Source: an uncultured Gammaproteobacteria bacterium
GTDB taxonomy: Bacteria; Pseudomonadota; Gammaproteobacteria; Eutrophobiales; Eutrophobiaceae
Length of the DNA: 64,000 nt
Direction of reading: 5' to 3'
NCBI GenBank assembly: GCA_951812995.1
Contig: CATOTD010000014.1
Location: 13,794 to 77,793, forward strand
Shown here: positions 1 to 10,798 of the stretch, piece by piece
How positions within the stretch are numbered: the stretch's first letter is position 1
How the letters are laid out: every line of letters starts with the position of its first letter
Program-made: the position numbers and the translations under genes
The notes under the pieces: generated by a model
Told to the model about the DNA's origin: nothing
What the model saw: only the letters and a program-made list of their open reading frames with translations
The model's database searches: none

Positions 1-110
1 TCGATAAAAATAACGCCGCCGTGGTCGCGCCGCCGATGTACCCAGCCACAAAGTTGTACTTTCTGACCGATATGATTGGCATTTAATTGTCCGCAATAGT
101 CGCTACGCAT
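1..110 (-). CDS. aspS: Aspartate--tRNA ligase, 5' end (runs off window)
   Basis: Manual translation from ATG at 110: [37 protein letters not shown], the canonical bacterial AspRS N-terminus. Too short for the ORF track. Confidence 0.93.
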   Translation of the reverse strand, partial: MRSDYCGQLNANHIGQKVQLCGWVHRRRDHGGVIFI

Positions 111-306
111 GTGTTTCTCCCATTTCAGGTTAAACAAAGAGCGAAATCTTACGAGCCAGCCGATGTTTACGCAACTTTATTACACGTGCTAAATTGGAAC
201 TTCGGGATGATGTTAGCCGATAATGGCTATCGTGGATTATGAAAGGCATATAAGGCCCTTCATTTTATTTTTTTTAGTAGTTTTAAATATTGCGCACGGG
301 ACATAC

Positions 307-1679
307 CAGCTATTATCAAAAATAGTGTCTGACAAGTTAATCATGCGGCTACCTTGTCGTCCTCGTTCACCTCGATTCCATCTTTAAGCTTCACGCCTTC
401 AATCACCTTCGCCAGGTGCCTGAAGCCTCTCAATTTGCGCCAGGAATCTTCTGCGCATAATTCCATCTTGCAGATTATCGTCAGCATCGTTATTCGTGTG
501 ACACAACCTTTGGCCTGGCGTGTTCTATGCCGGATTGTCGCAAAGCTCGACGGGGTGACATTCGTTGTCCTGATGTGGCTCCAGTGCTCTGCTGGAAAGT
601 CATAAAATGCCAGCAACGCATCACGGTCTTTCGATAAGCATGCCACTGCCTTGGGACACTTTGCGCCGAAACGTTCCTCAAAGTCATCGAACACCTGCTC
701 TGCGTCAACGCGGCCCTCTGCCATCCAGACCCTGCTTTGCTTTCTCCTGAACAGACTTGGGCAGATAGTTCAGCACATTGCCGGTCTTGTGCATCCAGCA
801 ACGTTGCACATCAGTCTCTGGATACACTGCCTCAAGGGCTGCCCAGAAACCCAAAGCACCATCGCCAATGGCCAGCTTTGGGGCTACCCCAAGCCTCTTT
901 GTTGCAACGACAACAACACTGCTCGCCAGCGCTGTTTCGATTCCCTGACACCCTCTTCAATCGACATAAAATGCTTCTGACCGCGACTGTTCACGCCGAT
1001 GATGACCAGGCAACACAATCAACCATCGTCACCTCGAAGACCACTGTAGATGCCATCAGTCCAGATATAGACCCATTCATCAGACACGGAACGTGTACAC
1101 CATTGCTTGTATGTAGCTTCCCATTGCCGTTTCAAACGACCCACGACATTGGCCGACAGCCCTTTAGCCTCCAATCCGACAATCGCTTCCAGTGCACTTT
1201 GCATCTGACCACTCGAAACACCTTTCAAATAAAGCCAGGGAATCGCCGCATCCAGGGTCGCTGTGCGCAGGATGTAGGGCGGTACAAGCAAAGATTGAAA
1301 GCTCTCTGGCGTACCTTCACGGCGACAAATCTTCGGCACCTCAACGCTGACCTTGCCAACCCCTGTAATCACCTCTCGTTCGGGATGATGGCCACTGCGG
1401 ACAACGCGCTGTCGTCCGTCAGCCGTTTTTTGATCATCATACTGCCTCATCAACGCATCTGGCTCTGCCTGGACAGCTTCGGTGATTAACTGCTTCGCAC
1501 CAGATCTGAGTCACTCTGTCAGTGGATCAATGCCCTCTGGTGCACCCAGATCAATCACAGTATTGTTTGTCATGTGTGGCGTACTCCTCTTGTTACTTTC
1601 GATTTCTAAACAAAACCGATTCCAGCAAGGCACGCCGCATACTTCAAATTTCTTCAGACACCAGATTCGGTTATAACGC
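307..1679 (-). mobile_element. IS256-family element, copy 1 (transposase pseudogene)
   Basis: Fragments 1019..1453 (LYLKGVSS, YIWTDGIY) and 341..724 (LLAFYDFPAEHW..IRTTN). Ends match the termini of the copies at 5054 and 6872-8256. Stops and deletions present. Confidence 0.9.
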
Positions 1680-1714
1680 TAATCTTCAAATGAGATATTT
1701 AGCGCAAAGGTCTC
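1680..1714. mobile_element. Isolated IS terminal remnant ending GCGCAAAGGTCTC
   Basis: TAATCTTCAAATGAGATATTTAGCGCAAAGGTCTC closely matches 20268-20302. Its reverse complement GAGACCTTTGC resembles IS5/IS1106-type inverted repeats. Confidence 0.6.
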
Positions 1715-1825
1715 GTCTCGTGGTAAGTGCCCGGTATTGATTGAGCAATATGAAAAATATTTGTAAATCTAAAGCCGTATGTGTATATTTATTTTTCCCC
1801 AAATTTACTTGGGAGGCATATACAC

Positions 1826-3420
1826 ATGAAAAACAAAGATATTAAAGACATTTTATTTGCCGTTGCTCTGTTTTCCGCTCTGACCGTCACCCTGTCCGGA
1901 TGCGGGGGTGTGGTTAAACCCACGAGCACGGCCGCCGCCCCTGTAGATACCGACGGCGATGGTGTCGGTGACAATGCCGATGCCTTTCCGAACGATGCCA
2001 CCGAAACTACTGATTCCGACAGTGATAGTGTCGGTAACAATGCCGATGCCTTCCCGAACGATGCCACCGAAACCGCTGATGCCGATAACGATGGTGTCGG
2101 TAACAATGCCGATGCCTTCCCGAACGATGTCACCGAAACCGCTGATGCCGATAACGATGGTGTCGGTGACAATGCCGATGCGTTCCCGAACGATGCCACC
2201 GAAACCGCTGATACCGATGGCGACAATGCCGATGACTTCCCCAGTGACAGCGCAAGAAGCGTCGCTACGCTACAACTTCCGGGTCAAGATTCATTGACTG
2301 GACGTGACACCGTGACTGCCACAGAGTCAAAGATTGAAACGGTAGCCGCGAAAGCACCTAAGGAAGGTAGCGTCACGCAGTCCTCGGCAGGTAAAGTGAG
2401 CGTGTCGGTCGTCCATGATGCCGCGGGTTCTGAGTTCACGGTCACTAACGATGATGGATGGTCGGTTGCGGATACGGATAAGGAGGGTCGCTTGAATGAT
2501 GCGCCGACAGGCTGGGAAGGGTTGCCCTGAAGAAAGATATTTCCGGAGGCACGGTGTATGTTAATGCCTATTCAGATATCGATGCGCCTACCGATTCTGT
2601 ATCTACGCCCTGCGGGGTTGGCGGCACCATATCAGCGGGCGAATCCTGTCGCTATACGGGTAGTGACACCGACTTCACTCTTACAGTCAGTAGTGACGGT
2701 CAGTCTGTAATGTCCGGCCCCGGTGCCAGAATCGGACGTTTTTCCTTTGGGGGTTCGACCTACACAGGGAGTATTAATTTTAACGGTTACACCTTATCCA
2801 AAAGCCCATCCGGTTATACAGTGATCGCAATCCCATCAGGAGTAACGCCTGTCGGTTCAGCAGATGCCGTCTCCGTCCTCGACACCGACTATCTCTCCCT
2901 CGGTTACTGGCTCGTTGTCCCCGACGACACCGCCAGTGCTGCGGACTATGAAGTCGGTGTCTTTGCCGATGGTGCCAACCCGTTCGACAAAGATAACCTG
3001 ATGGGCCTAACCGGCACTGCCAACTACAGCGGCGATGCGCTCGGCCTGCACACCAGCAAGAGCGCGGCAGATGCCATACCGGATATCAACCATTTCACCG
3101 CCGATGTGTCGTTGACTGCGGACTTTGGTGACGGCAGTGCGCTTGGTAGCGTCAGCGGCACCGTCTCTGACTTTGAAGTCGGGGGTGCGCCAAAGGCCAT
3201 GACGCTTAACTTGGGTGCATCACCGATCACCAATGCCGCCGGCGGCGGGTTCTTCAATGGCGATACCAGCACCACCGGTTTCACCGGCAAGTGGGGCGGT
3301 CAGTTTTTCGGCAATGGTGGCTCCCCCACCGACCATCCGGGCTCTGCCGCTGGTACCTTCGGTGCCACCAAGAACGACGGACTTGAGAGCTTCATCGGTG
3401 CCTTCGGGGCGAAAAAATAG
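1826..3420 (+). pseudogene. Surface lipoprotein with thrombospondin type-3-like Ca-binding repeats and C-terminal TbpB-like beta-barrel (Slam cargo); one frameshift at ~2520
   Basis: GGAGG RBS, ATG 1826, signal peptide with lipobox LSGC, DxDGDGVGDNADAFPND repeats, C-terminus GKWGGQFFG..AAGTFGA..FIGAFGAKK. Adding one G to GAAGGGTTGCCCTGAAG joins ORFs 1781..2530 and 2554..3420 (EGVALKKDISGGTVY). Confidence 0.8.
1946..2245 (+). repeat. 66-bp (22-aa) tandem coding repeat, ~4.5 copies
   Basis: GCCGATGCCTT recurs at 1976, 2042 and 2108, and GCCGATGCGTT at 2174. Encodes ADAFPNDATET.DxDxDGVGxN. Confidence 0.9.
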
Positions 3421-3623
3421 TAATCACCCCTGTTCGGCATGAATACACAAGGGTACGGAAGTCATTCCTGTCCGGGATGGCTTCCGCTGACCCACGGACA
3501 GCACCACTACAATCGACGACCCATGTCTCGTGGTAAATGCCCGGTATTGAGCCGCCTGTCTGGCTACATGGCCTGATTATCATGCTGTACCGCCCACGTC
3601 TGAAGGGCAGTGATGCCCGCGAA

Positions 3624-5053
3624 ATGTCTTTGCGTGAAAATACAGCATTATCTGCACCTTGGGCACTCTTCAGATGTGTTGTTGCCCTGGTGTTGCTCAC
3701 TCTTTGTTTCGCTGGTGCCAGCGCCGATGAGCGGGCCACGCAACCGGCAGGCATTACAGACGGCGCAACCCATCTGTCACAAGACCCGCAAGTCAACCAG
3801 GCATGCGCAATGATCGAAAAAAGGTGCTTTACCGCAGCACTTGAAGTATTGCGCCCGCTCGTGTCCGGGCATCCAGATACGGTCGATGCGCATTTTCTGC
3901 TTGCGTTGGCGGCCATCGGAGTGGCCGAACAAAGCACCGATACGCCTCGTCGTAACGCCCTGCTTGATGAGGCCATCGCAGCACTACGCACTATCCTGAT
4001 CGACTCTCCCGGCCTGGTGCGGGTGCGCCTGGAACTGGCGCGAGCCTTCTTTTTGAAAGGCGATGATCAATTATCTCGACAACACTTCGAGCGGGTACTG
4101 GCGGGTAAGCCGCCTGCGGCGATTGCCGCCAACATCCAGCGTTTTTTGCAAACCCTGCATGCCCACAAACACTGGAGTGGTTATTTCGGCTTTGCCCTGG
4201 CACCAGACAGCAATATCAGTGGCACCTCGGACGACGAGTATAGTTATATTAACGGCCTACGATTTCGCCGTGATGCCGATGCCCTGGCCAAATCGGGTGT
4301 CGGTGTCATATTCTGGGGCGGTGGCGAATATAAACAGCCGTGGAATGAGCGCTGTCACCTGGTAACCGGCCTTGGATGCGTATCGCAAGGAATATGCGAG
4401 CAGGCGCTTTGACCAAAGCTTATTGTCTGTGCATATCGGGCCGCGTTTGATGCCAGACAAACACACCGAACTGACATGGCTGGGCGTTGTCAGGCAGCAC
4501 TGGATTGGTAGTCATCCGTACACACGCGACCATGGCCTGCGCCTTAGTGCCAACCGACGCTTCAGTCCGCGCTTGCGTCTGGGCGCACAGGCCGCCTGGT
4601 ACGAGCAGACCCACCTCCGTCGCAAGAATGATTTGCTGGATGGAACGCTGAAAGATATCTCCCTAGATGCCACCTTGAACCTGACACCCACAATGCAGGG
4701 TACTCTGGTCACCGGGCTTTCCTACGGATGCCCGCGATCAGTGCAGTGGCGCAATAACGACCGGTGGGTGCGGCTGGGAGTCAATGCAGCTCTGCCCAGA
4801 GGCTTCAACTCTCGGTGGTAGCTTTGAGTGGCGCACAGTCGCCTACCAGGGTGACTGGGCACCGTTTACACCCGCCGACGTTTCGCGCAAGGATCGCCTG
4901 CGCGCCCTGCGGCTGTCTGTTTTTAACCGCCGTTTCACCTTGTATGGTTTCAGCCCGCAGATGTTGCTGGTCAGCGAAAAAAACACCTCCAATGCGCAGT
5001 TATATGGCTATCAGCGCAACCGTGCCGAGTTACGCTTCGTGCGCCAGTTTTAG
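3624..5053 (+). pseudogene. Slam / DUF560 surface lipoprotein assembly modifier (TPR + outer-membrane barrel), two frameshifts
   Basis: Signal peptide ending AGASA, TPR motif RVRLELARAFF, barrel start WSGYFGFALAPDSNIS, terminal ..LRFVRQF*. Split over ORFs 3537..4412, 4372..4821 and 4784..5053 by single extra bases (GGCCTTG ~4370, TTCAACT ~4807). Confidence 0.85.
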
Positions 5054-6302
5054 GAGTTATAACCGAATCTGATGTCTGAAGAGGTTGAAGTATGCGGCGT
5101 GCCTTGCTGGAATCGGTTTTGTCTAGAAATCGAAAGTAGCAAGAGGAGCACGCCACACATGACAAACAATACTGTGATTGATCTGGGTGCACCAGAGGGC
5201 ATTGATCCACTGACAGAGTGACTCAGATCTGGTGCGAAGCAGTTAATCACCGAAGCTGTCCAGGTAGAGCCAGATGAGTTGATGAGGCAGTATGATGATC
5301 AAAAAACGGCTGACGGATGCCAGCACGTTGTCCGCAGTGGCCATCATCCAGAACGAGAGATCATCATCGGGGTTGGCAAGGTCAGCTGTCGAGGTGCCGA
5401 AGATTTGTCGCCGTGAAGGTACGCCAGAGAGCTTTCAATCTCTGCTTGTACCGCCCTACATCCGGCGCACAGCGACCCTGGATGCGGCGATTCCCTGGCT
5501 TTATTTGAAAGGTGTTTCGAGTGGTCAGATGCAAAGTGCACTGGAAGCGATTGTCGGACTGGAGGCTAAAGGGCTGTCGGCCAATGTCGTGGGTCGTTTG
5601 AAACGGCAATGGGAAGCTACATACAAGCAATGGTGTACACGTTCCGTGTCTGATGAATGGGTCTATATCTGGACTGATGGCATCTACAGTGGTCTTCGAG
5701 ATGACGATGGTCGATTGTGTTGCCTGGTCATCATCGGTGTGAACAGTCGCGGTCAGAAGCATTTTATGTCGATTGAATAGGGTGTCAGGGAATCGAAACA
5801 AAGCTGGCCATTGGCGATGGTGCTTTGGGTTTCTGGGCAGCCCTTGAGGCAGTGTATCCAGAGACTGATGTGCAACGTTGCTGGATGCACAAGACCGGCA
5901 ATGTGCTGAACTATCTGCCCAAGTCTGTTCAGGAGAAAGCAAAGCAGGGTCTGGATGGCAGAGGGCCGCGTTGACGCAGAGCAGGTGTTCGATGACTTTG
6001 AGGAACGTTTCGGCGCAAAGTATCCCAAGGCAGTGGCATGCTTATCGAAAGACCGTGATGCGTTGCTGGCATTTTATGACTTTCCAGCAGAGCACTGGAT
6101 TCGCATTCGGACTAACAATCCTTTGGAACGGATCATTCGAGAAATCAGGCGGCGAACACGAGTAGTGGGTACATTCCCGGATGGCAACTCGGCGTTGATG
6201 CTTTGTGCGGCAAGGCTTAGACACATCGCGGGAACCAAGTGGGGGAACGCGGAAATATCTGAACATGGATTTGTTCAGAGAGATGGATAAAGAAAAGAAC
6301 TT
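5054..6302 (+). mobile_element. IS256-family element, copy 2 (chimeric, decayed, right end lost)
   Basis: Begins GAGTTATAACCGAATCTG immediately after the Slam stop. ORFs 5292..5780 and 5955..6290. After AEHW it switches to a different IS256 C-terminus (RTNNPLERIIREIRRRTRVVG). Confidence 0.88.
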
Positions 6303-6871
6303 GGAGACCTCGAACAACGCTGATTCTGGATGGGTTTTGACGCGAGCACCAGTCGTTGTCACCCGCATAGCGGGTGTTGAAGGTCAAGATCGGTAGTATT
6401 TGAGGCTGTGTTGCGCTGTTTGGGTTTGCCAAGGCGGGTATTTCCGGAATTTGGGCGGAGTCAGGCTGTGGCCTGTCGTCGCTCGTGGAAAATGAGACGG
6501 CGGAAGTTTGTAGCTCAGGTTGGCCATGGTCATGCGGGCCTTCGCACGGGTTTGGCCGATTGAGCGGATGGTCAGAGCCATGGGCCCTTTCTCGTAGCCG
6601 AACACAGGCGCGGATGGCGGAGCGTGTCGCGTTGCCCCGGCGAATATGCCTGGCCATGGGTTTGCCGCGTGGCTTCTTGCGATGGATATGTGAGCGGTAC
6701 CCTTGCGCCTTCAGCCAAGCCTCATTCCTGGCCGAGCGGTACCTGGTATCAGCCCAAACCGCCTTCGAGCTGTTTGTCTCGTCCAGAACCGAGGAGCGTT
6801 CATGCCCGTCGTAGCGAGCCGCATTCGTGCCAGTCTCACCCCGGATGAAGCGCCATTTGCGGTCAATGGAC
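6303..6871 (-). mobile_element. IS5-family type 1 element, 3' fragment
   Basis: Starts GGAGACCTCGAACAACGC, near-identical to 14230-14795. Cut at GTCAATGGAC by IS256 copy 3. Confidence 0.9.
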
Positions 6872-8256
6872 GAGTTATAACCGAATCTGGTGTCTGAATA
6901 AATTTAAAGTATGCGGCGTGCCTTGCTGGAATCGGTTTTGTCTAGCAATCAAAAGTAACAAGAGGAGCACGCCACACATGACAAAAGATACTGTGATTAA
7001 TCTGGGTACACCAGAGGATATTGACCCGTTGACTGGATTGCTACGTAGCGGTGCCAAACAGCTGATAACAGAAGCGATTCAGGCGGAGTTGGCCGAGTTG
7101 ATGGCAAGTTTTGATAATCAGAAAACGAGTGAAGGCAGACAGCGTGTTGTGCGCAATGGCTATCACCCAGAACGAGAAGTATTGACCGGTGTTGGCAAAG
7201 TACCAGTGTCGGTGCCAAAGATCCGTAGCCGAGAAGGCGAGCCTGAGAGCTTCCAATCGTTAATAGTGCCTCCTTACATCCGGCGCACAGCGACCCTGGA
7301 CGCGGCGATTCCCTGGCTTTATTTGCAGGGTGTTTCGAGTGGTCAGATGCAGAGCGCCCTGGAAGTGATTGTCGGGCCTGATGCCAAGGGCTTATCCGCC
7401 AATGCAGTTGGTCGCCTGAAACGTCAGTGGGAATCAGAGTACAAAACCTGGAGTACACGTTCAGTGACTGACGAATGGGTCTATATCTGGGCTGATGGCA
7501 TCTACAGTGGTCTTCGAGGTGACGATGGTTGATTGTGTTGTCTGGTCATCATTGGCGTGAACAGCCGCGGTCAGAAGCACTTCCTGGCAATTAAGGATGG
7601 TGTCAGGGAATCGAAGCAGAGCTGGTGAGAAGTCTTGTTGTCGTTGAAACAGCGAGGTTTAAACCAACCACCGAAGCTGGCGATTGGCGACGGTGCTCTG
7701 GGATTCTGGGTAGCATTGGAAGAAGTCTATCCTGAGACAACAGCACAACGCTACTGGATGCATAAGACCGGTAATGTACTGAACTATCTGCCGAAGTCTG
7801 TCCAGGAGAAAGCGAAACAAGGGCTACATGACATTTGGATGGCAGAGGGGCGCACTGATGCAGAGAAGGCATTTGATGCATTTGAGGAACGTTTTGGTGT
7901 CAAGTATCCCAAGGCAGTGGCATGCTTATCGAAAGACCGTGATGCGTTGCTGGCATTTTATGACTTTCCAGCAGAGCACTGGACCCACATCAGGACAACG
8001 AATGTCACCCCGTCGAGTTTTGCCACAATCCGGCACAGGACACGGCAAGCGAAAGGTCGTATCACACGAATAACGATGCTGACGATGATCTACAAGATGG
8101 GATTATGCGCAGAAGATTCCTGGCGCAAACTGCGAGGCTTCAGACACCTGGCCAAGGTGATTGGAGGCGTGAAGCTTAAAGATGGAATCGAAGTAACTGA
8201 GAACGACAAGGCAACCGCATGATTAACTTGTCAGACACTACTTTTGACAATAGCTC
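6872..8256 (+). mobile_element. IS256-family element, copy 3 (full length, in-frame stops)
   Basis: Imperfect IRs GAGTTATAACCGAATCTGGTGTCTGA / TCAGACACTACTTTTGACAATAGCTC. Transposase split into 6918..7532 and 7635..8222. No target duplication. Confidence 0.92.
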
Positions 8257-8259
8257 TGT

Positions 8260-8340
8260 GGGTTGAGATGGACCAGGTTGGGTCAAGCTGGAACCAGGCT
8301 GAGTCGGATGTGGTTGGGTCAAGCTGGGTCGGGCGTAGGT
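8260..8340 (+). repeat. Degenerate RRGYY pentamer tract
   Basis: GGGTT GAGAT GGACC AGGTT GGGTC AAGCT ... GAGTC ... GGGTC AAGCT GGGTC GGGCG. Confidence 0.85.
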
Positions 8341-8513
8341 AAGTAACACTTTAGTGCAAAGTGTCTCAGAATATATGAGATAGAAGATAAAACAACACCA
8401 TTTTTCAAACTTAGCCTTAAAGAATAAGGCAGAAGGCATAGCGTGATGGTTTATAAAAGATTATGCTTCTGATTTGAGGGCAATTATTTTACTCTTAACA
8501 GTTACTTGCTTTA

Positions 8514-9621
8514 GGCAACCTCTATTAATGCAATCACTTTCCAATTTATTGGCTCAGAGAGGTTAAAAAAACCAATTTGATCCAAAAAGCCGGTAGTCTC
8601 CGTACAGCCCTGTTCTCGGCTTTACTTTGTTTTCAAGACGCACTGACCCGTGCCAGAAAGCATAAACGCCTCATATTGTACCTTAGATTCATCAAACCGA
8701 TATGCATGCTTGTGCGCGTAATGCCAATGCAAGGAACCGCTTTGCGGCGTAAATTGCGCTGTGCTCCAAACACAGGTTCGACCCGACTACGCTAGCCTTG
8801 CCCTTGAGAAACGCTGCTTTTTCCTCTGACCGATAGGCACTGTCAGCCCAGACATCTTTACTGGTATTGCTGTCATCTGGCAGGTCGGCAAAAACCTGCG
8901 CATCATGGACGCTGGCATCAGTGACCTGATAGTCACTAATCAGCTTGTTGTCATGGTCTATCTGGATGTGGTTCTTGTAAGCAAAATGGCTGCGGCTATG
9001 TTGCTTCGTCCAGCGGGCCTCGGTATCTTTCTGACACCCTTTGTTATCGCACCAGGACAGCGCCTGCCTTAATCCGTGCATTGTCTTCCCAACGGTTACG
9101 CGGCAACAGTGCCGGAATGATCGAGGAGGCAACTATCTGATCCTTGCGAGCGATATAAGCAGCCTGGTTCAACGACAACTGCTCAAACAACAATGCCATC
9201 AGACCCAGCACCGCTAACCGATGCTTGAATGCCCAGCAGGTTTTGGCATCAGCGACTCGTTGCTGGCTAGCAAGACCCAGAAACTGCTGGAAACTGCTAC
9301 GGTCTTCGATTTGGTATCCCAACTGAGCATCGCTAAGACCATACAGATTTTGCACAAGCAGTCCCTTGAACATCATCACTACGTCTGTTGGGCGTTGCCC
9401 GCCTGACGCTTACGTTGTTTCTCATGAACCTTGTTCAACAACGACCGAAAAGATTCCCAGTCAACCGTCTTTTCCAGTTCAGGCAGAGGATTACCCAACT
9501 GTTTGAGACGATAGTCTTGAAGATTAAACAGGAAACCGAAAATGTCATTGCTCATGGAAGTTTCTTTGTCAGTTTGGAAACTTCAACATTGTACCAAATA
9601 GCGTAATTAATAGAGATGCTC
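8514..9621 (-). mobile_element. IS5-family type 2 element, copy 1 (pseudogene)
   Basis: IRs GGCAACCTCTATTAAT / ATTAATAGAGATGCTC. Fragments 9044..9379 (YGLSDAQLGYQIEDR) and 8692..9132 (DTEARWTK, VWADSAYRS). Confidence 0.88.
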
Positions 9622-9892
9622 TGAAGTAAAAAATAAAATTGGAAGTATTGTTGCTATTAAAGCTGATCTGGAAAGAATTAGTGGGATATTACAAAGAAAT
9701 AAAAAAGAGTCATCTTTTCAGTGTGGCATAATTGCTTATTACACATCATGTTGTGATAGCAAAGGGATTCCTGCAAAAGAACACCCCAAGAGAATAATTG
9801 ATAATATTAAGAAAGGTGCAGTTGAACTTCTGAGCGGGAAAAGCACGGTTGAATCGTATAATAAAATGTGGGGGCATGTGAATTGATCATTC

Positions 9893-9930
9893 GGGATGAG
9901 GCGGAATAAGGTGGCATGGGATGAAATGAA
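9893..9930 (+). repeat. Short GGAAT/GAGGY-type pentamer tract
   Basis: GGGAT GAGGC GGAAT AAGGT GGCAT GGGAT GAAAT. Related to 39941-39975. Confidence 0.55.
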
Positions 9931-10102
9931 AATGTTTTTATGCCAAGTGTTTAAGAAGCCCATAGAAGCCGGAACGAAGGGCGAAAAAAGGACGCGTTTT
10001 CGGGCTGGTTTTCGGGCTTGATTTTGGGCACAAAATTGGGTCAGGTACGGGCCGATTTTTAGGCTAAAAACGGTCGCCGATTTTGCGGCGGATTCTTGGT
10101 TT

Positions 10103-10129
10103 CAGTTGTCCGGAAATATCGGACAACTG
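10103..10129. repeat. Perfect 10-bp inverted repeat with 7-nt loop
   Basis: CAGTTGTCCG-GAAATAT-CGGACAACTG. Confidence 0.8.
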
Positions 10130-10798
10130 GTTGTGAATTGGTCGCATCGGTCTGGAATCGCAGGCGAGGGTGGGGCTGGTGACTACAAAGGTTGGGTTGG
10201 TACTACAGATGATCCATATCAAAAAGTACGACATCGAACTAATCGCCTAGGCAAACGTTATGCAATGTTGTGGAAAGAAGGCACCAGCACCAATGCATAT
10301 AATATTGGTTCTTATAGTAACCCTAATTTTACAGCTATACTTTTATCAAATAACGTCAAGCCAAATGCTGGGCATGATTGGGTTTGGTGGGTGAGTAATA
10401 ATGCGGATCAATATCATAGCCAAAACGGCGAGGCTTTGTTGAGGCGTTTTTATGCTGAACGATATCCACACCGCAGAATAAACAGGGTTGTTGATGATGC
10501 ATTTAATAGAAAAGGGATTTATTACTATGTTCGTCCCGATCTCCCTGATTATAAAGATTCAGCTACATTTGCATATACCGCTGGCGATACTTGGGTCGAT
10601 GGGTTTGAAATATCACCATTAACACCAATTACAAACAAAGCAACAGATCAAAATGTAATAGGTGACAATGCCACCGCCAGCGTTAAAATTATGGGCAACA
10701 CTTACGCCGCCAGAAAAACTTCTGATGAGGCCGCTTGGCGAGCGGCCTGGATGAGGTATATATGGAATTCAAACGCTAAGGAACATCTAATCAATTAA
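10106..10798 (+). CDS. Hypothetical protein, probably a gene fragment truncated by IS5 at 10780
   Basis: 230-codon ORF rich in W/Y/N with no recognised motif and a TTG start without clear RBS. Its last codons lie inside the IS terminal repeat. Confidence 0.5.
   Translation: MSGNIGQLVVNWSHRSGIAGEGGAGDYKGWVGTTDDPYQKVRHRTNRLGKRYAMLWKEGTSTNAYNIGSYSNPNFTAILLSNNVKPNAGHDWVWWVSNNADQYHSQNGEALLRRFYAERYPHRRINRVVDDAFNRKGIYYYVRPDLPDYKDSATFAYTAGDTWVDGFEISPLTPITNKATDQNVIGDNATASVKIMGNTYAARKTSDEAAWRAAWMRYIWNSNAKEHLIN

Noticed and set aside
737-1489. 250-aa ORF and its twin 5382..5942
   Set aside because: Antisense to IS256 transposases; repeated only because the IS is repeated.
2515-2530. Phase variation at the lipoprotein frameshift
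   Set aside because: The run is only three G, too short for a contingency locus. Decay or sequencing error is more likely.
3392-3991. 199-aa minus-strand ORF and 1789..2226
   Set aside because: Antisense to Slam and to the lipoprotein repeats.
9622-9890. AT-rich stretch with coding-like runs (EVKNKIGSIVAIKADLERISG..)
   Set aside because: Fragmented and unrecognisable, so no product could be supported.
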